This document shows positions 26,685-37,196 of a stretch of 64,000 nt of DNA, in pieces. The translations under genes and the position numbers were made by a program. Below the pieces are notes generated by a model that was not told where the DNA came from, searched no databases, and saw only the letters and a program-made list of their open reading frames with translations. The stretch lies in assembly GCA_030390025.1 (NCBI GenBank), contig JASTWF010000324.1, positions 248,001-312,000 on the forward strand. Direction: 5' to 3'. This DNA is from Squalus acanthias. Taxonomy: Eukaryota. Positions within the stretch are counted from its first letter, which is position 1; every line of letters starts with the position of its first letter.

Positions 26685-29250
26685 TGTCAGCCTTGGCTAA
26701 GTGGATAGCACTCTTGCCTCTGAAGTTTGTGGGTTCAAGTCTCCACTCCAGAGACCTGAGTACAAAATCCAGGCTGACTCTCCAGTGCAGTACTGAGGGA
26801 GCACCGCACTGTCGGAGGGGCAGTACTGAGGGAGCACCGCACTGTCGGAGGGGCAGTACTGAGGGAGCGCTGTACTGTTGAAGGGTCAGTACTGAGGGAG
26901 CGCTGCACTGTTGGAGGGGCAGTACTGCGGGAGCGCTGCACTGTCGGAGGGGTAGTACTAAGGGAGCACTGCACTGTCGGAGGGGCAGTACTGAGGGAGC
27001 GCTGCACTGTCGGAGGGGCAGAACTGAGGGACCGTGCACTGTTGAAGGGTCAGTACTGAGGGAGCGGTGCACTGTCGGAGGGGCAGTACTGAGGGAGCGC
27101 TGCACTGTCGGAGGGGCAGTACTGAGGGAGTGCTGCACTGTTGAAGGGTCAGTACTGAGGGAGCCATGCACTGTCGGAGGGGCAGTACTGAGGGAGCGTC
27201 GCACTGTCGGAGGGACAGTACTAAGGGAGCGCTGCACTGCCGGAGGGTCAGTACAGAGGGAGCGCTGCACTGTCAGAGGGACAGTACTAAGGGAGCGCTG
27301 CACTGTCGGAGGGGCAGTACTGAGGGAGCGCTGCACTGTCAGAGGGGCAGTACTGAGGGAGCGCTGCACTGTCGGAGGGGCAGTACTGAGGGAGTGCTGC
27401 ACTGTCGGAGGGTCAGTACTGAGGGAGCGCTGCACTGTCGGAGGGGCAGTACTGAGGGAGCGCTGCACTGTCAGAGGGGCAGTACTGAGGGAGTGCTGCA
27501 CTGTCGGAGGGGCAGTACTGAGGGACCGTGCACTGTTGAAGGGTCAGTACTGAGGGAGCGGTGCACTGTCGGAGGGGCAGTACTGAGGGAGCGCTGCACT
27601 GTCGGAGGGTCAGTACTGAGGGAGCGCTGCACTGTCGGAGGGGCAGTACTGAGGGAGCGCTGCACTGTCAGAGGGGCAGTACTGAGGGAGTGCTGCACTG
27701 TCGGAGGGGCAGTACTGAGGGACCGTGCACTGTTGAAGGGTCAGTACTGAGGGAGCGGTGCACTGTCGGAGGGGCAGTACTGAGGGAGCGCTGCACTGTC
27801 GGAGGGGCAGTACTCAGGGAGTGCTGCACTGTTGAAGGGTCAGTACTGAGGGAGCAATGCACTGTCGGAGGGGCAGTACTGAAGGAGCGTCGCACTGTCG
27901 GAGGGACAGTACTAAGGGAGCGCTGCACTGCCGGAGGGTCAGTACAGAGGGAGCGCTGCACTGTCAGAGGGACAGTACTAAGGGAGCGCTGCACTGTCGG
28001 AGGGGCAGTACTGAGGGAGCGCTGCACTGTCAGAGGGGCAGTACTGAGGGAGCGCTGCACTGTCGGAAGGGCAGTACTGAGGGAGTGCTGCACTGTCGGA
28101 GGGTCAGTACTGAGGGAGCGCTGCACTGTCGGAGGGGCAGTACTGAGGGAGCGCTGCACTGTCAGAGGGGCAGTACTGAGGGAGTGCTGCACTGTCGGAG
28201 GGGCAGTACTGAGGGAGCGCCGCACTGTCGGAGGGGCAGTACTGAGGGAGCGCGGCACTGTCGGAGGGGCAGTACTGAGGGAGGGCTGCACTGTCGGAGG
28301 GGCAGTACTGAGGGAGCGCTGCACTGTCAGAGGGGCAGTACTGAGGGAGTGCTGCACTGTCGGAGGGGCAGTACTGAGGGAGCGCCGCACTGTCGGAGGG
28401 GCAGTACTGAGGGAGCGCTGCACTGTTGAAGGGTCAGTACTGAGGGAGCAATGCACTGTCGGAGTGGCAGTACTGAGGGAGCGTCGCACTGTCGGAGGGA
28501 CAGTACTAAGAGAGCGCTGCACTGCCGGAGGGTCAGTACAGAGGGAGCGCTGCACTGTCAGAGGGACAGTACTAAGGGAGCGCTGCACTGTCGGAGGGGC
28601 AGTACTGAGGGAGCGCTGCACTGTCAGAGGGGCAGTACTGAGGGAGCGCTGCACTGTTGGAGGGGCAGTACTGAGGGAGTGCTGCACTGTCGGAGGGTCA
28701 GTACTGAGGGAGCGCTGCACTGTCGGAGGGGCAGTACTGAGGGAGCGCTGCACTGTCAGAGGGGCAGTACTGAGGGAGTGCTGCACTGTCAGAGGGGCAG
28801 TACTGAGGGAGCGCTGCACTGTCGGAGGGTCAGTACTGAGGGAGTGCTGCACTGTCAGAGGGGCAGTACTGAGGGAGCGCTGCACTGTCGGAGGGGCAGT
28901 ACTGAGGGAGCGCCGCACTGTCGGAGGTGCCGTCTTTCAGATGAGACGTAAAACCGCGGCCACGTCTGCTCTCTCAGGTGGACATAAAAGATCCCATGGC
29001 ACTATTTTGATGAAGAGCAGGGGAGTTCTCCCCAGTGTTCTGGGCCAATATTTATCCCTCAACCACCATCACTAAATCTGATTATCTGGTCATTATCACA
29101 TTGCTGTTTTTGGGAGCTTGCTGTGCGCAAATTGGCTGCTGCATTTCCTACATTACAACAGTGACTACACTTCAAAAATACTTCATTGTCCGGAAAGGGC
29201 TTTGGGACGTCCTGAGGTTGTGAACGGCGCTATAGAAATGCAAGTCTGTC
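26685..29250 (+). mobile_element. DeuSINE containing an internal 33-bp tandem expansion
   Basis: Head (TGGCTAAGTGG…GGTTCAAGTC…AATCCAGGCTGAC) at 26685-26787, then the array, then the SINE body and tail resume at 28928 (TGCCGTCTTTCAGATGAG…GCTATAGAAATGCAAGTC). Confidence 0.85.
26788..28927. repeat. 33-bp minisatellite (CAGTACTGAGGGAGCGCTGCACTGTCGGAGGGG), about 65 copies
   Basis: Directly visible. The unit corresponds to the single-copy segment at about 19518-19548 of the other SINE. Confidence 0.95.
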
Positions 29251-29389
29251 TTATCTGTTGCCATGGATTCTCTATCTGTTAGTGCCACACTTTCTTTCTC
29301 TGTCTTTACTTCTTGTCCTGGTTGATTATTTCTCTCCTGTTGCTCTGACAATCTCTGTTAAATGCCGAGAAATTCTTTCTGTACGTGAA

Positions 29390-30511
29390 CAAAAGCAAAA
29401 TACTGTGGACGCTGGAAATCTGAAATAAAAACAGAGAATGCTGGAAAACTCAGCAGGTCAGGCAGCGTCTGCAGAGGGAGAATCATAGAATCATAGAAAC
29501 ATAGAAACATAGAAACATAGAAACATAGAATCATAGAAGATAGGAGCAGGAGTAGGCCATTCGGCCCCTCGAGCCTGCTCCGCCATTTAATGAGATCATG
29601 GCTGATTATCCAAATTCAGTACCCTGTCCCTGCTTTCTCCCCATATCCCTTGATCCCTTTAGCCTTAAGAAATATATCCAACTCATTCTTGAATCTATTT
29701 AATGAATTGGCCTCAACTACCTTCTGTGGCAGAGAATTCCACAGGTTCACCACTCTCTGGGTGAAGAAATTCCTCCTCATTTCTGTCCTAAATGGCTTAC
29801 CCCTTATCCTTAGACTGTGACCCCTGGTTCTGGACTCCCCGACCATCGGGAACATCCTTCCTGCATCTAGTTTGTCCTGTCCTGTCAGAATTTTATAAGT
29901 TTCAATGAGATCCCCTCTCATTCTTCTAAACTCCAGCGAGTATAAGCCCAATCGACCCAATCTCTCTTCATATGCCATTCCTGCCATCCCAGGTATCAGC
30001 CTTGTGAATCTTCGCTGCACTCCCTCCATGGCAAGAACATCCTTCCTCAGATAAGGCGACCAAAACTGCACACAATACTCAAGATGTGGTCTCACCAAGG
30101 CCCTGTACAACTGCAGCAAGACATCCTTGCTCCTGTACTCGAATCCTCTCGCTATGAAGGCCAACATACCATTTGCCTTCTTAACCGCCTGCTGCACGTG
30201 CATGCTTACCTTCAGCGACTGGTGCACAAGGACACCCAGGTCTCGTTGCACTTCCCCTTCTCCCAATCTATTGCCATTCAGATAATAAGCTGCCTTTCTG
30301 TTTTTGACACCAAAGTGGATAACCTCGCATTTATCCACGTTATATTGCATCTGCCACGCTTCTGCCCAATCACCCAACCTGTCCAAATCATCCTGGAGTT
30401 TCTCGGCATCTTCTGACCAAAGCTCATCGACCTGAAACGTTGACTCTGTTTCTCTCTCCACAGATGCTGCCTGACCTGCTGAGTATTACCAGCATTTTCT
30501 GTTCTTATTTC
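29390..30511. mobile_element. Inverted-repeat (Penelope-like) element split by a CR1: arms about 29390-29482 and 30412-30511
   Basis: GAAATAAAAACAGAGAATGCTGGAAAACTCAGCAGGTCAGGCAGCGTCTG is the reverse complement (with mismatches) of CAGATGCTGCCTGACCTGCTGAGTATTACCAGCATTTTCTGTTCTTATTTC. Confidence 0.6.
29483..30411 (-). mobile_element. 5'-truncated CR1 LINE with (TTTCTATG)n tail
   Basis: ORF 29616-30461 has LQDDLDRL…RPHLEYCVQFWSP…GIKGYGEKAG. Tail repeats read ATAGAAAC on the + strand at 29483-29540. Confidence 0.95.
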
Positions 30512-30609
30512 TTCCTGTACTTGTGCGATTTGCCTATCAGGTGAAGAACCTTCTGTCATCTCCCAAACTATGGTTATAATCCAGCTGGCAGATAAAACTA
30601 AAGAAGACC

Positions 30610-30987
30610 GGAAGGAGTGGACCTGGAGGGAGCACAGCGAGAGCGGAGCAGTCCCGAGCGGCAGGAGCCTGAGATCGGAAGGAGCGCACCTGGAGGGAGC
30701 ACAGCGAGAGCGGAGCAGTCCCGAGCGGCAGGAGCCTGAGACAGGAAGGAGTGGACCTGGAGGCAGCACAGCGAGAGCGGAGCAGTCCCGAGCGGCAGGA
30801 GCCTGAGATCGGAAGGAGTGGACCTGGAGGGAGCACAGCGAGAGCGGAGCAGTCCCGAGCGGCAGGAGCCTGAGACAGGAAGGAGTGGACCTGGAGGGAG
30901 CACAGCGAGAGCGGAGCAGTCCCGAGCGGCAGGAGCCTGAGACAGGAAGGAGTGGACCTGGAGGGAGCACAGCGAGAGCGGAGCAGT
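30610..30987. repeat. 67-bp GC-rich tandem repeat (about 5.6 copies) upstream of CR1 ORF1
   Basis: Units start at 30610, 30677, 30744, 30811, 30878 and 30945 (GGAAGGAGTGGACCTGGAGGGAGCACAGCGAGAGCGGAGCAGTCCCGAGCGGCAGGAGCCTGAGAYM). Confidence 0.93.
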
Positions 30988-33900
30988 TAAAAGGAGCGGC
31001 AGCAACTCAACAGAGGCAATTTTTGAAAAAGTGACGTCAGAGTAAACAAAGTGACATCGGCACAAGGGAAGGAGCTGATTGGTGATTAGCTGGTGAGTGT
31101 ATTTTGTTAAGTTTTAAGTTTATTTCTGCTGCGTTAGTTCTCAGTCTATTAAATAGAGGCATGGCAGGGCAGCTCAGTCCTGTGGAATGCACATCCTGTG
31201 CCATGTGGGAAGTCCTGGACGCTTCCCGTGGTCTGGACGACCACATGTGCAGGAAGTGTCGCCAGCTACAGCAGCTCGAACTCCGTGTTTCAGAGCTTGA
31301 GCAGCAGCTGGAGTCACTGCGGTGCATCCGCGAGGCTGAGAGCCGTGGATAGCACGTTTCAGGAGGTGGTCACCCCGCAGCTAAGAGTGTGCAGGCAGAG
31401 AGGGAATGGGTGACCGTCAGACAGAGGAGGAGGACCAGGCAGGTAGTGCAGGAGTCCCTGAGTGCATCGCGTTCGCCAACCAGTATTCTGTTCTGAGTAC
31501 TGGTGAGGGCGATGGTTCCTCTGGGGAGTGCAGCCAGAGTCAGGTCCACGGCACCACAGGTGGCTCAACTGCACGGGGGGGGAGGAAAAAGACTGGAAGG
31601 GCAATAGTGATAGGGGATACGATAATTAGGGGAGCAGACAGGCGTTTCTGCGGCTGTAAACGTGACTCCAGGATGGTAGGTTGCCTCCCTGGTGCCAGGG
31701 TCAAGATGTCACTGAGTGGCTGCAGGACACTCTAAGGGGGGAGGGTGAACAGCCAGAGGTCGTTGTCCATATCGGTACCAACGACATAGGCAGGAAGAGG
31801 GATGAGGTCCTGCAGTGAGAGTTTAGGTAGCTAGGAGAGAGATTAAAAAGCAGGACCTCAAATGTAGTAATCTCCGGATTACTCCCGGTGCCACATGCTA
31901 GTGAGTACAGGAATGGCATGGCAGGACTGTCGTATGGGATGGCAGGACTGTCGGATGAGGAGAGATTGGGTCGACTAGGCCTGTATTCACTAGAGTTTAG
32001 AAGAATGAGAGGGGATCTCATTGAAATGTATAAAATTCTGACAGGGCTAGACAGACTGGATGCAGGGAGGATGTTTCCCCTGGCTGGGGGGTCTAGAACG
32101 AGGGGTCACAGTCTCAGGATACGGGGGTAGGCCATTTAGGACTGAGATGAGGAGAAATTTCTTCACTCAGAGGGTGGTGAACCTGTGGAATTCTCTACCA
32201 CAGAAGGCTGTGGAGGCCAAGTCACTGAATATATTTAAGAAGGAGATAGATAGATTTCTAGACGCAAAAGGCATCAAGGGGTATGGGGAGAGAGCGGGAA
32301 TATGGTATTGAGATAGAGGATCAGCCATGATCATATTGAATGGCGGAGCAGGCTCGAAGGGCTGAATGGCCGACTCCTGCTCCTATTTTTCTATGTTTCT
32401 ACAGGAATAGGAGAATAGAACAGATGAATGCGTGGCTGGAGAGATGGTGCAGGAGGGAGGGATTTAGATTCCTGAGGCATTGGGACCATTTCTGGGGAAG
32501 GTGGGAGCTGTATAAGCCGGACGGGTTACACCTCAACAGAGCCGGAACCAATATTCTCACGGGGAGGTTTGTTAGTGCTGTTGGGGAGGGTTTAAACTAA
32601 CTTGGCAGGGGGATGGGGACCAGCATATAGGAGTAGAAAAGAGGAATAAGGTGCATAAAAGAGTGAGTGTGTTGGATAGTACTGGAGAAGATAGTACTAG
32701 AGGCGATAGTAGTACCATATTAGATAGAAGTAGACAAAGAAAGACTCCAAAAAATTCAAAAATGAGTTTAGAATGCATGTACGTAAACACACAACGTGTG
32801 GTGAATAAGGTTGGTGAGCTACAAGCACAATTAGCCTTGTGGCAATATGATTTTGCGGCAATAATGAAAACGTGGCTTAAAAACGGTGAGGACTGGGCAC
32901 TTAATATTCAAGGGTACAAGGTGTTCAGAAAAGATAGGGAAGGAAAAAAGGGAGGTGGGGTGGCAGTGCTGATTAAGGAAGACATTATAGTGTTGGAAAG
33001 GGAGGATGTTCTTGAGGGGATCAGGACAGAATCCATTTGGTTAGAGTTGAGCAGCAAAAAGGGTATGATCACGCTATTGGGGATATTCTATAGGCCTCCA
33101 AATAGTGAGTGGGAGGTAGAGGAGCAAATCTGCTGGAAAATCACAGAGATATGCAAGAGCTATAGAGTGGTGATATTGGGGGACTTTAATTACCCAAATA
33201 TTGATTGGGATAATGCTAGGGTAAAGGGAAAGGAGGGGGAGGAATTTCTGAAATGTGTTCAGGAGAATTTCCTTGACCAATATGTTCTTGGCCCAACTAG
33301 GAAGGAGGCATTGCTGGATCTGGTGCTGGGGAATGAGGTGGGCCAGGTCGACCAAGTGTCTGTGGGAGAACACTTGGGTACGAGTGATCATCGTATCATA
33401 AGATTTAGATTAGCAATGGAGAGGAGCAAGGAACAATCTAGAGTGGAACTTCTACACTGGAATAGGGCTAACTTCAATGGGATGTGAAAGGATCTAGCCA
33501 GAGTAAAATGGAACCAAAGACTGACAGGAAAAACTGTAATGGAACAATGGGTGATCTTTAAGGAGGAGATGTTCCAAGTACAGGCTAGGTACATTCCAAC
33601 AAGAGGGAAGGGTAAGGGAACCAAAGCAAGGGCTCCTTGGATGACGAGAGGGATAGAGAAGATGATGAAACAAAAAAGAGGGTGTATAATGAATGTCAGG
33701 TGAATTCTTCAAGGGAGAACCAGACCAAATACAATATGTTGAGAAGGGAAGGGAAGATGAAAATAAGATTGGCAAAGAGAGAATATGAGAGTAGAATGGC
33801 GAATAAGGAACCCAAAAGTCTTCTACCGGCATGTAAACAGTAAGCGGGTAGTAAGAGATGGGGTGGAGACTATTAGGGTCAAAGGAGGTGATATATGCTT

Positions 33901-34182
33901 AGAGGCGCAGGGCAAGGCTAGAAAACTCCATTAGTACTTTGTATCGGTGTTTACTAAGGAGGTGGATGCTGATAAAATATCAGCAGAAGTGGAAAAGGTG
34001 AAAATTGATAGACAGGATGTACTAGAAAGGCGGGGTCTGCTTAGAGTGGACAAGTCGACTGGTCCAGATGGCTTGCATCCCAGGTTGCTAAGGGAATTGG
34101 GGGAGGAAATAACGGAAGGGCTTGCCATAATTTTCCAATCTTCCCTAGATGCGTGGTAGGTGCCTGAAGATTGGAAAGTGGC
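30988..34182 (+). mobile_element. CR1 LINE 5' half: ORF1 (zinc finger/leucine zipper + SGNH esterase) and ORF2 endonuclease, degenerate, broken at 34182
   Basis: From 31161: MAGQLSPVECTSC…CRKC…LELRVSELEQQL, then VIGDTIIRG, CLPGARV, HIGTND and DGLHLN. ORF 32651-33487 has GGGVAV, YRPP, GDFNYP, LDLVL and SDH APE motifs. Stops and frameshifts are present. Confidence 0.9.
31915..32399 (+). mobile_element. Short CR1 3' fragment nested in ORF1 of the older CR1, with TSD
   Basis: RLGLYSLEFRRMRGDL…GIKGYG with a TTTCTATGTTTC tail. The direct repeat (T)ACAGGAAT is at 31906-31914 and 32400-32408. Confidence 0.9.
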
Positions 34183-35095
34183 TCTCTCAGTCTCGCTGAT
34201 TCTCTCTCAGTCTCTGATTCTCTCTCAGTCTCCCTGATTCTCTCTCAGTCTCTCTGATTGTCTCTCAGTCTCGCTGATTCTCTCTCAGTTTCTCTGATTC
34301 TCTCTCAGTTTCTCTGATTCTCTCTCAGTCTCTCTGATTCTCTCTCAGTCTCTCTGATTCTCTCTCAGTCTCTGATTCTCTCTCAGTCTCCCTGATTCTC
34401 TCTCAGTCTCTCTGATTCTCTCTCAGTCTCTCTGATTCTCTCTCAGTCTCTCTGATTCTCTTTCAATCTCACTCAGTCTCTGATTCTTTCTCAGTCTCTC
34501 TAATTCTCTCTCAGTCTCTGATTCTCTCTCAGTCTCTCTGATTCTCACTCTCAGTCTCTCTGATTCTCTTTCAATCTCACTCAGTCTCTGATTCTCTCTC
34601 AGTCTCTCTGATTCTCTCAGTCTCTGATAATCTCTCTCAGTCTCTCTGATTCTCTCTCAGTCTCTCTGATTCTCTCAGTCTCTCTGATTCTCTCTCCGTC
34701 TCTCTGGTTCTCTCTCAGTCTCTCTGATTCTCTCACAGTCTCTCTGATTCCCTCTCCTTCTCTCTGATTCTCTCTCAGTCTCTGATTGTCTCTCAGTCTC
34801 TGATTCTCTCTCAATCTCTCTGATTCTCTCTGTTTCTCTGAATCTCTCTCAGTCTCTCTGATTCTCTCACAGTCTCTCTGATTCTCCCCCAGTCTCTCTG
34901 AGTCTCTCAGTCTCTCTGATTCTCTCTCAGTCTCTCTGATTCTCTCCCAGTCTCTCTGATTCTCTCTCAATCTCTCTGATTCTCTCTCAGTCTCTCTGAT
35001 TCTCTCCCAGTCTCTCTGATTCTCTCTCAGTCTCTCTGATTCTCTCTCAGTCTCTCTGATTCTCTCTCAGTCTCTGTGATTCTCTCTCAATATCT
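34183..35095. repeat. 18/20-bp satellite (TCTCTCAGTCTCTCTGATTC)n
   Basis: Reverse complement of the array at 52833-64000. Confidence 0.95.
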
Positions 35096-35286
35096 CTGTG
35101 ACTCACCTCACTCTCTAATTTTCTTTGTTTTTAATTCTTGTTATAGATAACTGATGTCCTAGTTTCTCCTGTCATGGTTCAAGTATTCTATTGTGATGCT
35201 CAGTGCATGTGACAGGAAGTAAACATTGCGTGCCTTTGTGGTGAAATCTCCCACCGGCCGAAAGCCCATTACCGCCCTTTTATAGT

Positions 35287-35550
35287 GTCATAGAGTCATA
35301 ATGGCAGAGGAGGAGGCCATTCGGCCCATCGAGTCCGTGCCGGCTCTCTGTAGAGCAATCCAGTCAGTCCCATTCCCCCGCTCTATCCCCGTAGCCCTGC
35401 AAGTTTATTTCCTTCAAGTGCCTATCCAGTTTCCCCTTGAAAACATTGAGTGTCTCCGCTTCCACCACTTCCGTCGGCAGCGAGTTCCAGGTCCTCACCA
35501 CTCGCTGCGTAAAAAAGTTTTTCCTCACATCCCCCCCTGTATCTCTTGCC
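35287..35550 (-). mobile_element. CR1 3' end (host of the provirus, left piece)
   Basis: ORF 35364-35564 reads [18 protein letters not shown]. It joins seamlessly with 48217 onward once the provirus and one TGCC copy are removed. Confidence 0.9.
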
Positions 35551-37192
35551 TGTAGAATTCGCAATTATCGCGATTTCATTTTTAATAAGGAGAAAACACA
35601 AGTTTCGTTCAAAACAGCTTTTATTTCAGCGGAATGCTGTCAGGTTTAAATTGGACACAAGCAGCCTGTAAAATGGCCGCCGCACCGCGTGACAGAACAT
35701 TCGAGACTTTTCGGCAGGCAGACAAGATGGCGTTCCAATAAACATTTTTGCAGGATCGATAACGATTCAGCACAGTGAAGACAATACACAGGACATTATG
35801 GGTTTACAGTATAAACATCGATACTGGGATCGGTCTCCCAGGTACAAAGGAAAGCCATCAAGGGCCCATCCAAAGGACATTAATATGTAAACTCCCAACG
35901 GCTCTACGATGAGAGAGCCGTTAGCAGGTAGTTATACAGGACACTTGGAAGCCCCAAACCCCTCCAGGGGGAACACCGACCGATTTAACAATGGGAGAAA
36001 TATTAACAGGTACTCAAACATTCAGGAGTAGCCCCGAAACCCATTAAGGACAGAGATCACCCATACAGGACATTTTTGGGCGCCAAACCTTAAACAAAAG
36101 AATGGACATTGTAGTTGGGCGGGAAACGGAAGAACTGTGCACTATAATTGCAGGCCCAAACCGTCCATTCGCTCTCTTGCCTCGTGTTCGTGACTCTTGC
36201 TCTTTTGCTCTTGACTCTTGCCGCTTGCTGCTGTTATCATCGTGGCTGCTCCTGTGTTTTATCCGGTCGATTCGTAACCTCGTGGCTGCTCCTGTGTAAA
36301 AGACTGTTGCAAAGACCTATGTTGGTAGCTGGCAGCGGAACCAAAGGCCCGAGATGAGATGAGATGAGATGAGATGAGAGGAGAAGAGAAGAAGACCTTA
36401 TCCATCGCCACGGTCAGTAAATCCCGACCGCGCCTGTAGGTCGATCAGCCAAGTCTTCTCGACAGGAAGTTTTCTTCTTTAACAAGACATATTGCATCGA
36501 CGATAACTGGACTGTGCAAACACATCGTATCAGCGATATTGACAACGGTGCTCCACCATACCCTGTATCCAACCAACAGAGGTCTTCACTACAGCGGACG
36601 GTCCAGCCGACTGACCGAGCAGCAGAAGCAGTAAACAAGTGGGACCAGGAGATCTCCTGACCAACACGTGGGTGCTGCGGTGAAAAAAAACATCCGATCA
36701 GCTATTCGGGATTTCTCCGAGTTATTACGAGTGGTGAGCATGAGTCTCGGGATCCTACGAAGCTAGTTTTAGGATAGTTATTGATAGGGGAGGGTTTAAA
36801 GTTTAAGGATATTTGTAATGTGTGCCCTATTTACGTTGTGCTGGTCGTTCCTCGTTTCCCTAAGAGTGATTATAACTGTTTGTAAGATTGTACTGTCATT
36901 AATCTGTGCATATGACATGTATTTCATAATTTTAAGTATCATGCAATAAAGATTTTCCATTTCGTACCGTTCAAACCAAGTCTACATGAGTTTTATCTCC
37001 ATTACTGCTCTCGCATCTAAGTCCAGTGTCTAGAACCGTAAGGGAGAGTGATTCGAACCACTCACAGGGGTGTCTAGTGTTCCCAGACTGGCTGGAGACC
37101 AGGCCTAGACCCGCACTGACATACAGGCTGCACAGAGCCGCGTGAACCTCACAGGCCACGAGACACGCAGGGTCAGGAGAGTATCCCTTACA
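35551..37192 (+). repeat. 5' LTR (1642 bp)
   Basis: Direct repeat of 46570-48212 with TG…CA termini. Internal (GAGAT)n at about 36351-36378 and AATAAA at 36945-36950. Confidence 0.97.
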
Positions 37193-37196
37193 GAAA

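Noticed and set aside
25846..29075. Pro-rich, Gly/Trp-rich and 11-aa-repeat ORFs
   Set aside because: These are translations of the C-rich tract and the 33-bp minisatellite.
35155..35225. Possible miRNA-like hairpin (CCTGTCA…TGACAGG, with TTCAAGTA resembling the miR-26 seed)
   Set aside because: The stem is short, the loop is large, and the match to miR-26 stops after 8 nt.
36102..36638. Short ORFs in the LTRs as accessory genes
   Set aside because: They are only 65-74 aa with no recognisable motif, and their identity between LTRs just reflects LTR identity. They cannot be excluded without expression data.
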